Shown: piece by piece, positions 42,676-54,715 of the stretch
How positions within the stretch are numbered: the stretch's first letter is position 1
Layout of the letters: every line of letters starts with the position of its first letter
DNA from: Vairimorpha necatrix
Lineage: Eukaryota
Assembly (NCBI GenBank): GCA_036630325.1
Contig: CP142727.1
Span: forward strand, 1,116,001-1,180,000
Direction: 5' to 3'
Length of the DNA stretch: 64,000 bases
Notes under the pieces: model-generated
What the model saw: only the letters and a program-made list of their open reading frames with translations
What the model was told of the DNA's origin: nothing
The model's database searches: none
Program-made: the position numbers and the translations under genes

Positions 42676-43754
42676 ATTATTAAGCATTTAAGTATTATAA
42701 ATAACGAATGAATCTATAGTAAGATAGAAAAATAATTTTCAATTAACTTATATATTTTTTTTAAATTTTTATGCTTTAGCTTTCCTTCTGATTTTTTAGA
42801 GCTGGTCCAAAACGCCCCTCTCAAAGGGTATTCACCTTTTTTTAGAATCCTCAAAATGAGATGTAAAAAAGGAGGAGCAAGCACTAGCACTCAAATATTT
42901 GTATCTTTATATCATATAAAACAAAATAAATATAATTTGAATATAAAAATAATTTTTAAAAAATATTGTTTCTCTTAAATTTAATATTTCTAATTAGTTC
43001 AACATATTTTATCTACAATTTTTTTATTGTAAATCTGTCTAGATTGTACATATGTATTTCATTTTTTCTATATCTAAAGAGTGCTTCATTTTTAATTGTT
43101 ATTTATTATAAAATGAGATTTTTTCATAAATCTACTTTAATAAATAACCAACAATTAAAAAATCAGAAGGATAAAAAATGTTCAGACTTAAAGTTATTAT
43201 GATACTTAAAAAACCCAAATTTTCGTATCTAAATACATATTTTTTGTTCTTTATACTATTCTTAGTACAAGTAATTTTTGTCTCCTACTTGCTCCTTCTT
43301 TTTTCGCACTTCATTTTTTAGGTTCGAAAAAAAATCGTAGCGCCTCAAATGCGGGGGCTGTAAGTTCTGTTTAGCCAATATTGAATATAGTAAATATTTT
43401 TGACAGCTTTCAATTTTTTAAAAAACTTTCATGTTGTAGCAATATTGTTATTTTTATTAAAAATAATTTTCAAATTTATTAACAACATTCTCTATGTTCA
43501 TTGAGAGGTAAATATATTTTTCAACAAATTGTAAGTTGTTTGTTTTTAAAATTAATCAGCCATAAAATGTCATATCTATAGATTATAAGAAAGGTCGATA
43601 GGTGTCAAATATTGACGTTTGAAAATAATTAAATGTAAGTCTACATAACCTATTTAATTTGTTCATATTTTTAAAATATTATTTTTTAACCTAGAAAATG
43701 TTTTTGTTACGTAATATATTTTCATAATAAATTTTTACTATTTTTTTATCCCAC

Positions 43755-45989
43755 ATGAATATCTTTCATTTGATCATACCAGCTTATATTTCCTGCACCA
43801 ACCAAATGTTTTTTTACAAAATTACAGATGATCTAATAAATAAAGTAGAAAATAGAGAATATGGAATTTTTAATTCTTTTAAAATTCCCGTTATCGTGTA
43901 TTTAGTTCATCATGAATCGAAACAGATTATAAATGTTAATATAAACGAAAAGGCAAGTCAAGTTAATAATCAAATAAAAAAAAGATGTACGGTTTTTTAT
44001 GATAAAAAATCTATAAATGAAATAACTAATGAAATTGAAAACCTTATAGTAAGCAGTTTAAAATTTAAAAATTCTTATTCTATAAATATAACATACGACA
44101 AATTAGATATAAAGCGAAGTTCGATCTTTTATGAAGTCATGAAAAACATTATAAACGTAAACAAGGAAAAAAAAATTAATAAAAAATGTAAGGATATTTT
44201 TTATGATAATATTTGTGAAAAAAATAGTTACTTTATTGATGTAATCTATACAATAAAGCAGGAAAATATTAATCTCAAAGACAACATGAGCATTTTTAAG
44301 GTTCATGTTTTTTACAATATAGAACCTAGTACATGGTATATAAGACTTCCAATTGAAATAGAGGGTATCTATTATCTGTTTGAATTAGATATAGAGGAGT
44401 TTGAGCTTGAAGCATTTTATTCATTAAGTAATATAAACATTAAGTTTAAGAATTCATATGAAGAGCAAAATTTTATGAATTTGCTTATATTTTTAAAAGA
44501 AATCGATGATAAATTGCTTTGCTCACAAATTCAACAATCAAAAGTCAGCTGTAAAACCAATAAATACATGATTAAGAATTCTTCTTTTAAAATTCAAATA
44601 GAAAGTGACAAAATAAACTTTAGGCAGAGATCCGATAATTACGAATATAATCTGTTAGAGAATGCATCATTTAGTATAAACCGGAATTGTTACTTTGAAT
44701 TACAGCGATTCGTAGAGCAATTTAATATTATGAATATAAATCAAATTTATGAAGGTATTGAGGTCTTATTTAGATCGTTTTGTAGAAATAAAAAAATAGA
44801 ATTTCTTGTACATAGGATTCTATATAGAAAAAAATCTGCTTTAAATTTATTATTTGGACATCTGTTTTTATCTATGTATGTAATATATCGCCACGAACTA
44901 GATATAATAATAGGTCATAAAGAAGACACCGAAAATGAGATAGAAGATATTAAAAATCGTTTGACTGATTTTATTTTATCTAAAATTTCATTTGATAATA
45001 ATCTTATATTTTATCTAATTAAAATATGTTTACTCAAAGAGGCAGAGAAATATATTAACGAAAATGAAGTGAATGATGATTTATTATTTAACACACTAAA
45101 AGAAATTGGCAACCTAGTCAGATTGAAAAAAAGTAATAGTAATGAGATTATGCAATTTAGTTGCGATAAGGGGGGCATAGATATATTTGCAATAATTACT
45201 GATGTGTTGAATATACATACCGAAAATCTTTATAATTATAAAATATGGGGTTTAGAACATATATGTAAATTAGCTTCATTATTTGAAGTTAGATACAAAC
45301 TTTCTACAGCTGAATATTCAAAGGATTTTGAAAAATATGAAATTATGGATTCAATGGAGCTTTATAAATTTGATGTAGAGTTTAACATTGGTATTCTACT
45401 TAATAAAATATGCAGAAACCATAAAGAAGATAAAAGTTACAAAAACGTAATAAGTACAAAGGAAATAGAGACTAATAAAATAAAAAAAAAATTAGAAACA
45501 ATTGGTTTAATCAAGTGTCTAAATTTATTGATTTCAGAAGCCTTAGACCAAGAAATTGAAAATATATGGGAAAAAGAAACAAGAGTTGAGTTTGAAGATG
45601 ATTTAATTACAAAAGGAATAGAAAAGATTGATCAAATTTTTGCTAGACATTTTATGGTAAAGAGCAATACAATAATTAATTATTTTAAAAAAATATTTAT
45701 AAAGAATATAGGCGAAGATACTATACTTGAGTACAAAAATGAATTAGAGAACAATTTTAGATTAGACATATCAATAAATATAGAAAAGAATGCAATAAAT
45801 AAGGCAAAAAAAAATCTGAAAAAGATTTTAAAAATTTTAGCAGAAAACAACTTTGAAAATATGACAAAAGAGAAAGAAAAATACGGAAAAGATCTGAAAT
45901 CTATTTTAAAATTTTTGAACAAAGAAGATCCAATGGAAGTACTAAATAATAATCCCGAATATAAAACGATGATAATTTACATGAATTAG
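43755..45989 (+). CDS. Hypothetical 744-aa protein, paralog 3, signal-peptide-like N-terminus
   Basis: Intact ORF MNIFHLIIPAYISCTN, closely collinear with 26349-28616; CCC 2 nt before the ATG. Confidence 0.93.
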   Translation: MNIFHLIIPAYISCTNQMFFYKITDDLINKVENREYGIFNSFKIPVIVYLVHHESKQIINVNINEKASQVNNQIKKRCTVFYDKKSINEITNEIENLIVSSLKFKNSYSINITYDKLDIKRSSIFYEVMKNIINVNKEKKINKKCKDIFYDNICEKNSYFIDVIYTIKQENINLKDNMSIFKVHVFYNIEPSTWYIRLPIEIEGIYYLFELDIEEFELEAFYSLSNINIKFKNSYEEQNFMNLLIFLKEIDDKLLCSQIQQSKVSCKTNKYMIKNSSFKIQIESDKINFRQRSDNYEYNLLENASFSINRNCYFELQRFVEQFNIMNINQIYEGIEVLFRSFCRNKKIEFLVHRILYRKKSALNLLFGHLFLSMYVIYRHELDIIIGHKEDTENEIEDIKNRLTDFILSKISFDNNLIFYLIKICLLKEAEKYINENEVNDDLLFNTLKEIGNLVRLKKSNSNEIMQFSCDKGGIDIFAIITDVLNIHTENLYNYKIWGLEHICKLASLFEVRYKLSTAEYSKDFEKYEIMDSMELYKFDVEFNIGILLNKICRNHKEDKSYKNVISTKEIETNKIKKKLETIGLIKCLNLLISEALDQEIENIWEKETRVEFEDDLITKGIEKIDQIFARHFMVKSNTIINYFKKIFIKNIGEDTILEYKNELENNFRLDISINIEKNAINKAKKNLKKILKILAENNFENMTKEKEKYGKDLKSILKFLNKEDPMEVLNNNPEYKTMIIYMN

Positions 45990-48113
45990 TAGAAACTTGC
46001 CTTTAAAAATATAATAATGATGGAAAAACAATTAAAGCTCTTTTCATTATTACCATTATATAACTCTAGTGTCTTTAAAAAGTATTTTTAATGTATAAAA
46101 ATTGATTTGTTCTATAAATGAAATGATTTTAATTTTCAAATATGATTAAATAAGAACTTTTATATGTTTTTGATGGTAAAAAACGCCCAGGCATCATAAT
46201 GCACAATAAAATTTATGCATAATCGTTATATTGATTTTTGTGTTACTTCTAATTCATGTGGTTTTTTTTAATTTGCTCAAATTTAAAACCTTTTCATGTG
46301 TTTATATTGTTTTTACTTTGTCAAGCAGTTCCTGCCAGTGTTAAAAAAAATCCTTTCAGTTTTTACAATTTTTTTAAATTGTTAAATACATATTATCTAA
46401 TTATTTCAGCATGTATTTATCTTTAATCATTAAAATAACAATCAAAGTACAAAAATAATTAATTCAGCACATATTGCCAATGCTTCTTAACTAAACACTT
46501 AATGAAGAAACATTTTAAAATCGTCTATTGTTTATTTATCCTTTATTCTGGCTCTTTATAATTACATTTTACAAAATTTTACCTTTGCGGCTGTTCATAG
46601 ACATCTTATCATATCCATTACTAATAACAAGGCATTTCGAAACTAAAAATAGTTCGCCAAGCTTAAATTTGTTTGTTTTTTAATTTAATTGGTTTTTTGT
46701 TGTTGCTCGTCATTAAAAAAAATCATAGTCTTCTTTATATTCTTTAAAATTATTGTGTGGTTAATAACAAAAAAATTATTACACTAAATAATCATTTGCC
46801 GTAACAAAAATAATTCCGCATAATTATCTCTTTTTTAAATTATAAGAGGAAAAATGATTCCTTTATAACTCCCTTTTTATTAATCAGAGAATAAAAATGT
46901 CAAAATCGAATTAAAAATGTTTTACAATTCCTTAATTGTATTTTAGGTAAAATTTTAATAAATGTACACTTTACATTTGTATGTAAAACTACTTTTTTTG
47001 CAATTTTCATTTTTTTTTGCTTATAAATTCTTCTTTCTAAAATGTAATTGCCAAAAAAAACAAACCAAGTTCCCCTTTTTAAAACGAAAAAAAGGTGCTA
47101 GTTTTTGTTATACAAGGATTATTTTTTTTTATAAAATTAAATAATTTACGACCTTGAAAATTTTATAAATTAAACAAACTCTTAGCCGTCATACGTAAAC
47201 AAGTTTTTGGGATAACAAATTTATTTTTGTTTATTTTGCTTTTAATCATTTAAGTTTATGGCATTTATATCAAAATTAATACTATAGTATCATCTTGTAA
47301 TTAATTTACAGTTATAAACCTATATTATAAAAAATGTAAGTATTGATTTCATGAGAATTGTGTAAGAAAAATTATAATGGTTATGTACATTTAGATAAAT
47401 AGATAGAAAAAATACCATACGTTAAAATTTTACACGCGTTTTTTAAGAAATTATAATATGATAGATGATTTATTAATCGATTTAATTTTTTATATTCGTT
47501 AAAATTTTTAACCTTTGTTAATAATGACATTAACCTAAAATTACTAACAAATATAGGTCACAATTTATTAATGAATCACGCTAAGCCTAATAAGCGTTTA
47601 CTTCATAAAATTTTCTGTACAACAATATTCTGTTAAAAATTAATTTTAGATTACTAATACCTCGAACTATCTTTTTCATAAAATTTGTATGATATTGTTA
47701 AATTTAAACTGATATACAAAAATAGTTGTGTAAAATTTTGTTGGAATAGAAAATTTGGGTTGCGTCATATAATATTTTAATAAATGACTTGTCAACCGTC
47801 TTAAAAGGACTACATGAGAAATGTACAACTGACTAACACCTTACACAATTTCTAATAACGCATTGTCATAACACAACACGGAAACTAAAAAACACTGCAA
47901 CCTTCTGATCAAGATAAAATGATCAAATAATGGTATGATTTAGCAATAGATTTCGATTTGTTTCTTATAACACGTCACATTTTAATAATAAAAAACTGAT
48001 CACTAAATAGAAAGTGTAGCACACAAAATTTTTATACGTATAGACGAAGCATGGTACTACGAAATATTTTTATACTCATTAATATAGTAATTTTTTATTT
48101 ATTTATCCCTCAT

Positions 48114-49079
48114 ATGACAGTTTTAGAAATTTCTTCGAAATTAATGTCTGAAATATCTTTAATTTGTAAAGATTATAATATTACTAAAGTAAAAGATATT
48201 CTTAACTATAATTTAAGAGGTGGGAAACTTACAAGATACCAGATTCTATCACATGTAGCTAATAATGGAAATGAAAAAGTAACAGAATTTGATAAAGATA
48301 TTGTAGGGTTTATTATTGAGGCTTTTCATGCTTCATTTTTAATGTCAGATGATATTGTTGATAATTCGACAATGAGAAGAGATAAACCATGTTTTTATTT
48401 TAGGAGAAAAATGATGACTTTAAGGGATTCAAGATTTTTAATAAGTTTAATTTACCAACTGATAAAACGGTTGAATTTAAAAATCAAGAAAGTGATTGAA
48501 AAATGTTTTTTTGAAACTTGTTTGGGGCAGACAATTGACACCAAAAACAAAGTAAGAGATGAGTGCTCATTTAGCTTATATAAAAGAATATGTGAGCTAA
48601 AAACCTCTTCTTATACAGTTTATATGCCAATGGCGTGTGGATATATTTTAGGCGGCCGAAAATGTCCAGATTATTTAGAAGAATTTACTAATATAATAGG
48701 TCTTATCTATCAAATGAATGACGATTACTTAAACTTCTTTCCAGAAAAGACCAAGAAGTCATTCACTGATTTGGAGGAGTTTAAATTAACTTACTTCACT
48801 AGTAAACTTGGCGATTGTTTTAAAGAAGTACAAGAATTGGCGGCAATGGAAAAAAATGAAGAAGAATTGGATGTCAAGGAGTTTAATAAAGATTTAGACA
48901 TGTTCTTTAATAAGAAAGCAGTGCCAGCGTCTATTGAAAAATGGATTAGATCATATTTTGATAAATATTTCATCCACAAAGAAGAGCTGGTCATGAAGTC
49001 AAGAGACATGATCCATAAAGAAGACGAGAAAGATTTGTTCTTTTTATATGATATACTTAAAAAATATGAATTAAAATAA
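48114..49079 (+). CDS. ERG20: Farnesyl diphosphate synthase / trans-prenyltransferase (possibly FPP/GGPP bifunctional)
   Basis: RGGK..R, FARM DDIVD...RR, GQ..D, KT..YT, second motif Q..DDYLN, TDLEE.KLT. Start placed at 48114 (CCC at 48107-48109) rather than 48051. Confidence 0.93.
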   Translation: MTVLEISSKLMSEISLICKDYNITKVKDILNYNLRGGKLTRYQILSHVANNGNEKVTEFDKDIVGFIIEAFHASFLMSDDIVDNSTMRRDKPCFYFRRKMMTLRDSRFLISLIYQLIKRLNLKIKKVIEKCFFETCLGQTIDTKNKVRDECSFSLYKRICELKTSSYTVYMPMACGYILGGRKCPDYLEEFTNIIGLIYQMNDDYLNFFPEKTKKSFTDLEEFKLTYFTSKLGDCFKEVQELAAMEKNEEELDVKEFNKDLDMFFNKKAVPASIEKWIRSYFDKYFIHKEELVMKSRDMIHKEDEKDLFFLYDILKKYELK

Positions 49080-50946
49080 TTTATTTTTTCTGCATTTTTT
49101 TGAATTCACCAACATGATATTAGTACTTCATTGGTTGTTCTAGAAAAATTTTATTAATACAAAAGATTTATGTACATTGGTAAATAATATACAAATAATC
49201 AATAATAATTTTTATTCTAAAAATGTTTTTGAATATTGTTTTGAAGTAAAATATAGAAATTGAATGTTACCGGCTGTGTTACACACGCCAATAATCAGAC
49301 TGAGAATTAATGCTGAAAGAAAAGAAAATGATCTGAAAAAAACTTGTTTTAGATCCGAAACTAAAACTATATAAGAAATCTTAAATAGAATAAAAATGCT
49401 CAATAAATCCAGTTTTTGTTCTAATAAAAGCCTTCTTCAATAACTAGCTTTCCTTCTGGTAACATAAAAAAGCAAATTTATAACATATTAAAAAATAAAA
49501 AAAGATAGTTTTAATTGTACAACAATGCTGAGAAGCCACAGAGTTTAGATAAAAATATTAGAAGATTCGTGATTTTAAAAACATACTACTTCCAATTTTA
49601 TTCATCTAAAACGCTTTTTTATATTCTTTATTAACGAATTTTTGAGATGCGAAAGTTCTATTGTTGTAATGTTTTGATCAAAACATTCATTTACTTAATA
49701 AATGATAAACCACAAAGTAAACTTCTATAAACAAAAATTACATATAAATCTTTTCTTTAAAAAGTTTTTCTTAGAAGTACGACATTATTTTTTTTTTTTT
49801 ATTATTTGTACTAAGTCCCTTAGTCACTATTTTTTATTAAGATATTAAGCTGATTCAAATAAAAACTCTATGTTTTTAGATTGTTTCATGGTCTAAAATC
49901 CAAGATCGCAGTAATTTATTAGTATTTTAGAATTTTATAATCTGTTCGCTTAAATTATGTGGAACTACCAAATATTATTTGTGAAAACTGATGTTGATTT
50001 ACTAATAATATGATTTCTATGATGTAACATTTTATCAAAAAGTCACATCATCCATAAGATATTAGCTTTTGCAAAGAACTTTTATTATTGCCTTACAAAA
50101 AGTGATAATCAATATATATTGAGTCAAAATATAAGTCTGTTGACCTCAGTTAATTATCTAAGGGTTCTCTTTATGAGTGTTTAAAAATATAGTAATTTAT
50201 GTTTACTTATTATTTTTTATTTAAATCGGAAAAAGTATACAGATTTCACAGTATACTTATAATTAAGTCTCCACGGCTAAATGTAAGCGACGCCGCTACC
50301 GTAGTTTCAATTCTCCTCACCAATAAAGAAAATATTTTGCCTTAAAAATGATATATATTTTAATGTACGTTTGTATCAAGAGAGAGAATCATTTTTTCAA
50401 ATTCTTTTTATTCAAGAGTAAAATCCGTTTGTTTTTTTAAAAATAAAACATGGGCCAATGGTACAAAATACTCACTCTATTTGCACTTGCCATTGAAATT
50501 TTATACACCATAACGAAATTTATAATAACGTTTGCAAAAAAGTTAAAGATAATATAATGTGCATACTAAAAAACATTATTTTATTAACAAAATAAAAAAA
50601 TGTACATCCTTATTACATAAATATTATAAAACTGCCGAAAGAAATTTTAATCAAGAATTTAATTGTAGATGTAAAATTTTCGATACAAGAGATACATTTT
50701 AACTATTTTGTATCTTGCTAAATTCAATTTTAAACATTTAGTAAGGGGTTATGATAAGATATATTTTAAATATTGATTGCGTTAAGTTTTCAATATTTTT
50801 TTTCACTCCATGTTAATTGTTATATATTAATATGCTTTATATTTTAAATCAAAAGCCATTTCAAATACTACAAAAATTAAAAAAATCAACAAAAGGTTTA
50901 TATTTAGAGATTTGATAATCAAAGATAAGATAAATATTGTAGTCCG

Positions 50947-50968
50947 ATATATATATATATATATATAT
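50947..50968. repeat. (AT)11 microsatellite
   Basis: Directly visible. Confidence 0.95.
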
Positions 50969-51344
50969 TTAAATTTAATGTTTTAGTTTGAGTTACTTAG
51001 TCTTTATGTTTTCTTGATCATTTTTTAGTGAATTAATTTTTAGATTGAAAAATTCCGTACAGCGAGACTAAATGAAGAAAAGAAACAAATTACACCTTAA
51101 ATATATAGTTCTTATACATCAAACAAAGGCGATATCTAAAATGTAAATTTGACTTTCTGTTTTTGACATTTTAGTGCATTTATGAGTTTTAAAATAAATT
51201 AATTGAAAAGTTATATTACGAATAACAGGTTTACAAATTTTGTTAATCAATAATGGTTTGCTTGTTTAAACAAGGTTATTAAAAAATCCGCAAGTTAACT
51301 TACATCAAAAATTTTTGTAAAAAAATTGCAATTAGCTCAAAAAT

Positions 51345-53575
51345 TTATTTCAATGTATATTTTTTTATTATATGCATTAACTCGTCATGTAATTCGATTG
51401 CCGAGTTTGCATATAATACTTTTATTATGGTTTCTTCCTTTAACACTGTTCTAATATTTTTAAATATTTTTTCTGTCCTTTTATTATCAATATTTTCTGT
51501 TGATATTTCATTTTCGAACGACTTAATAAATACTATGAATAATTCTTTAACGGATATTTTTTTGATTCTATCTTCTATATTAATTTTTATATCTTGGAAA
51601 AAACTTTCTATAAATTTTTTTTTGTATTCCAATATTATATTTATATCTAATGACTCCGTATTAGTTATTCCATTAAAAATTTTATCAATTTTTGTTATTC
51701 CAACATTTTTAAAATTATTGTCGAGATTATCAATCATATCTGCATCAAATAAATTTTCAATAAAACTATATATAGATTGGGTTTTCATTTTTTTTAATTC
51801 TTCCATTTCTGGTAATTTTTCTATTATTTTGTTTATTTTAATTATTTCATCTTCCCCTTTTCTTCTTTCTTTCTCAAATTTATAGTCTTCTGCTGTATTT
51901 TCTAATAATTTCTTTCTTAGATTTTTAGTATTTCTTTCTACCGCATATTCATCAAGTTTTAAATCTGTAATTATATCTTTTTTAACGTATGCTTCAATTT
52001 TTGTTGGATAATTCCCATTCACAAATTTAGAACTGCTTAGTCCTGTGAATAATGATGAAATTTTACTGATGTTTTTAATAATTTCTTTCTTAAATCGTAC
52101 AATTTCATCAATATGAATGCTTTTTACTTCTTTTAATATATTAGTTATTTTGATTTTGTCTTTATTTATATACGTATAGGTTTGATCTTTATTTTTTTCA
52201 GATTCTATTATGTTGGAAATAATCAATAAAATTCTAAAAAGTGGATCGTCACCTGCGCCATTTTCATTTATAAGCATTTCAACTTCCAAAAGTAAACAAA
52301 TTGCTAGTAAATAAGATTCTGAGACATTTAAACTATTTAAATAAATTGATAATTTTTTCATAATTTGTTTACAAAACACTTCTATATTACTTTCACTATT
52401 TACTTCCCGCCCTGTTATGAGATCTAATTCATGTTTTTTTATTATTTTTATATATAGCAGAATATGACAAAATAAGGTGTTTAAGGCCGATTTGGAATTA
52501 TTTAATATTCGTAATATGAGGAAATCAACCTTTTCATAGTCAATTAGTAAGTTATGTAGAAAATATATACATTTGTAATTTTTTTCATACACCATTTCAC
52601 TGATACTTTGGAGGATTATTTGTAATTCTGTAAAACATTGTTTTTCGATGTAATTCCTGCCATCATTCTGATATGAATCGAGTTTTAAATAGTATAAATA
52701 TTCAATAGAACCTATAAAAAAGCTTATAAGATCTGGTTTTATTTCAATTACAAAATTAGATGGATATTTTATCTCAATTTTGCTTGGAGTAACTTCAAAT
52801 CGATTCAACATATTTGTTGCAACAGGAAAATTACTGTCGGCAATTTGATACAAATAAAACAATGTTTTTATTATTTCTTGGTCCACCTTACGTATATTTT
52901 CAGTGTTTAGTCGCACAAAAGATAGTAGTTCGTCAATTTCTATTTCGAAAAAATTACAAACATTTTCTATCTCAATACTGAATCTAAAAAAATATATGTT
53001 GCCAATTTTTTTGGAATTTATAGGGTACAGGGGAATACACGGGACATTTACGTGTTCAATGTTAATATTTTGTATATCAATAAGCATTTCATATAAAGGA
53101 CAATCATTTTCGCAAATGTTATCATAAAAAATTTCCCACCCATTCTTTTTTATTCTTCTTTCTTTATTTACTCTTTTATTTTTTCAATGACATCTTTAAA
53201 TAGAGAATTGCTTCTGATTTGATTTTTATTATATAACAATATAGTAAAATCGTTGTTTGGAAAATTTAATTTTCTTATAATGTTGTCTTCAAGCGTTTTA
53301 CTAATATCCTCAAGAGATTTATCAGCATAATTAATTTCAAAACTACCATAATTTTTCTTTGCGCATCCAGTTGAACTAATATCTTCTAAAGTACATTCTA
53401 TAGTTCCATGTGCGCTATACAAAAAAAGGCTTACCATAGTATATTTTTTTGCTTTATCGAATACTAAATAATCTCTAGTTTGTATTTTATTAAATATAAT
53501 ATCTTTTATATTATTATAAACATGTTGATTTTCTTTAATGAATAGTATAGAAGATAATAAGTTTAATGCATTCAT
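51345..53575 (-). pseudogene. Paralog 4 of the ~745-aa family, split by a single 1-bp frameshift (~53172)
   Basis: ORFs 53168-53575 and 51345-53087 join when one A is added to an A-run, restoring KIKRVNKERRIKKNGWEIFYDNICE and ~743 aa; could be a sequencing indel. Confidence 0.85.
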
Positions 53576-54099
53576 ATAGGGTAAAATTGATTTAAAAAAT
53601 ATATATGATAAAATAATTAGATACTTATAATTTGACTTATTAGTTTCTTAAAATGATATTTGGGTATAAAATTGCTGTTTTTTTATTTTAAATATTAAGC
53701 GAAATATAAAGCATAGTCGTTTTTTTAGTATCACATTTAAAAAATAATGAAAAACTCATAGATACAAAATAGCAGAATTTTAATGTATACAAGACGATTT
53801 CCATTTCAGTTTTATTTATTATTTTTTTTTGATGCATGTCAAAAATATTTTGCAACCTGTCAACAGCTTTCCTAAAGTTATAAATTTTTTCATCTATGTA
53901 AAATTGGTCTAGAACTATAAATGAAAACAATTAAATTTTTTTGAATCTTTATAAATAAGTTAAAATTTATTGTGAATAGACTTTCGAATAGATAAATATC
54001 GTAGTTTAAGTAATTTTGTACTTTAAGCAGCATTTTGAGGTAATTACATATTTATAATCCATATTAAAAAAAACTAAAAAACTTTATTGTTATTAAAGA

Positions 54100-54715
54100 A
54101 AAGCCCCCAGCAAATAGAAACTTAAACAGCAATAACTTGTGGTACACACCAGCATGCCAAAAAAGCCTTGCTTGTAGATGAAAAATTATTTCTTAAGACT
54201 AGATCCACAGATAGGTGTATCAATGACCTGCGCTCAGCAGGATTCTTGGAGAATAGCATGTCTGGCTCACTTGTCAATTAAGCACCTAACTAGTTCAACG
54301 TAAATGCTACGGCATTTGCAGCTTGCCATACTTCTCCCAGGCAATAAATGTGGTTCTTTTAATCTAGATTTCTCTAGACCTTTCTAGTTCGTAAGCCTTT
54401 CCTTCTCTCGTGTAACGATATATCGTTGTACAGTCATCTTTTCTAAGAACTCTAGTCTTGCAAGTAGAGACTTTCTTTATCAAAACATTTTGATGACATT
54501 GATGTTACCAATAATCCCCTTTATTTGCTCTTCTTTTGATTAAGTTGCAGACTTCAACTCAACTATTTATTCTCATATAGAAATCTTGCGTTAGAGGGTG
54601 TTGGACAGTCTAACAAGAAGTGTTCAAGGTCTTCTCGTTCTCCTACACATAAGAAACAATGAGTTCTATAAAAAAGAGGGTTTCTATTAGCATTAACCAA
54701 ATCAGAAGCCCAATT
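54100..54715 (-). mobile_element. 3' remnant of a non-LTR retrotransposon (C-terminal CCHC knuckle); extent approximate
   Basis: Minus strand 54658-54605 reads CFLCVGEREDLEHFLLDC, followed by P.....R, a typical LINE ORF2 C-terminal motif; GC-richer tail follows. Confidence 0.55.

Larger units (their letters stand above)
41955..43360. mobile_element. Non-autonomous Tc1/mariner-like MITE with degenerate long TIRs, hosting a nested element
   Basis: TA|CAGCCTCCGCATTTGA... and ...TCAAATGCGGGGGCTG|TA; inverted similarity extends >80 bp; no transposase seen. Confidence 0.7.

Noticed and set aside
48051-48113. N-terminal hydrophobic extension or signal peptide on FPPS
   Set aside because: T-rich upstream DNA; the CCC motif marks ATG 48114, and homology begins after it
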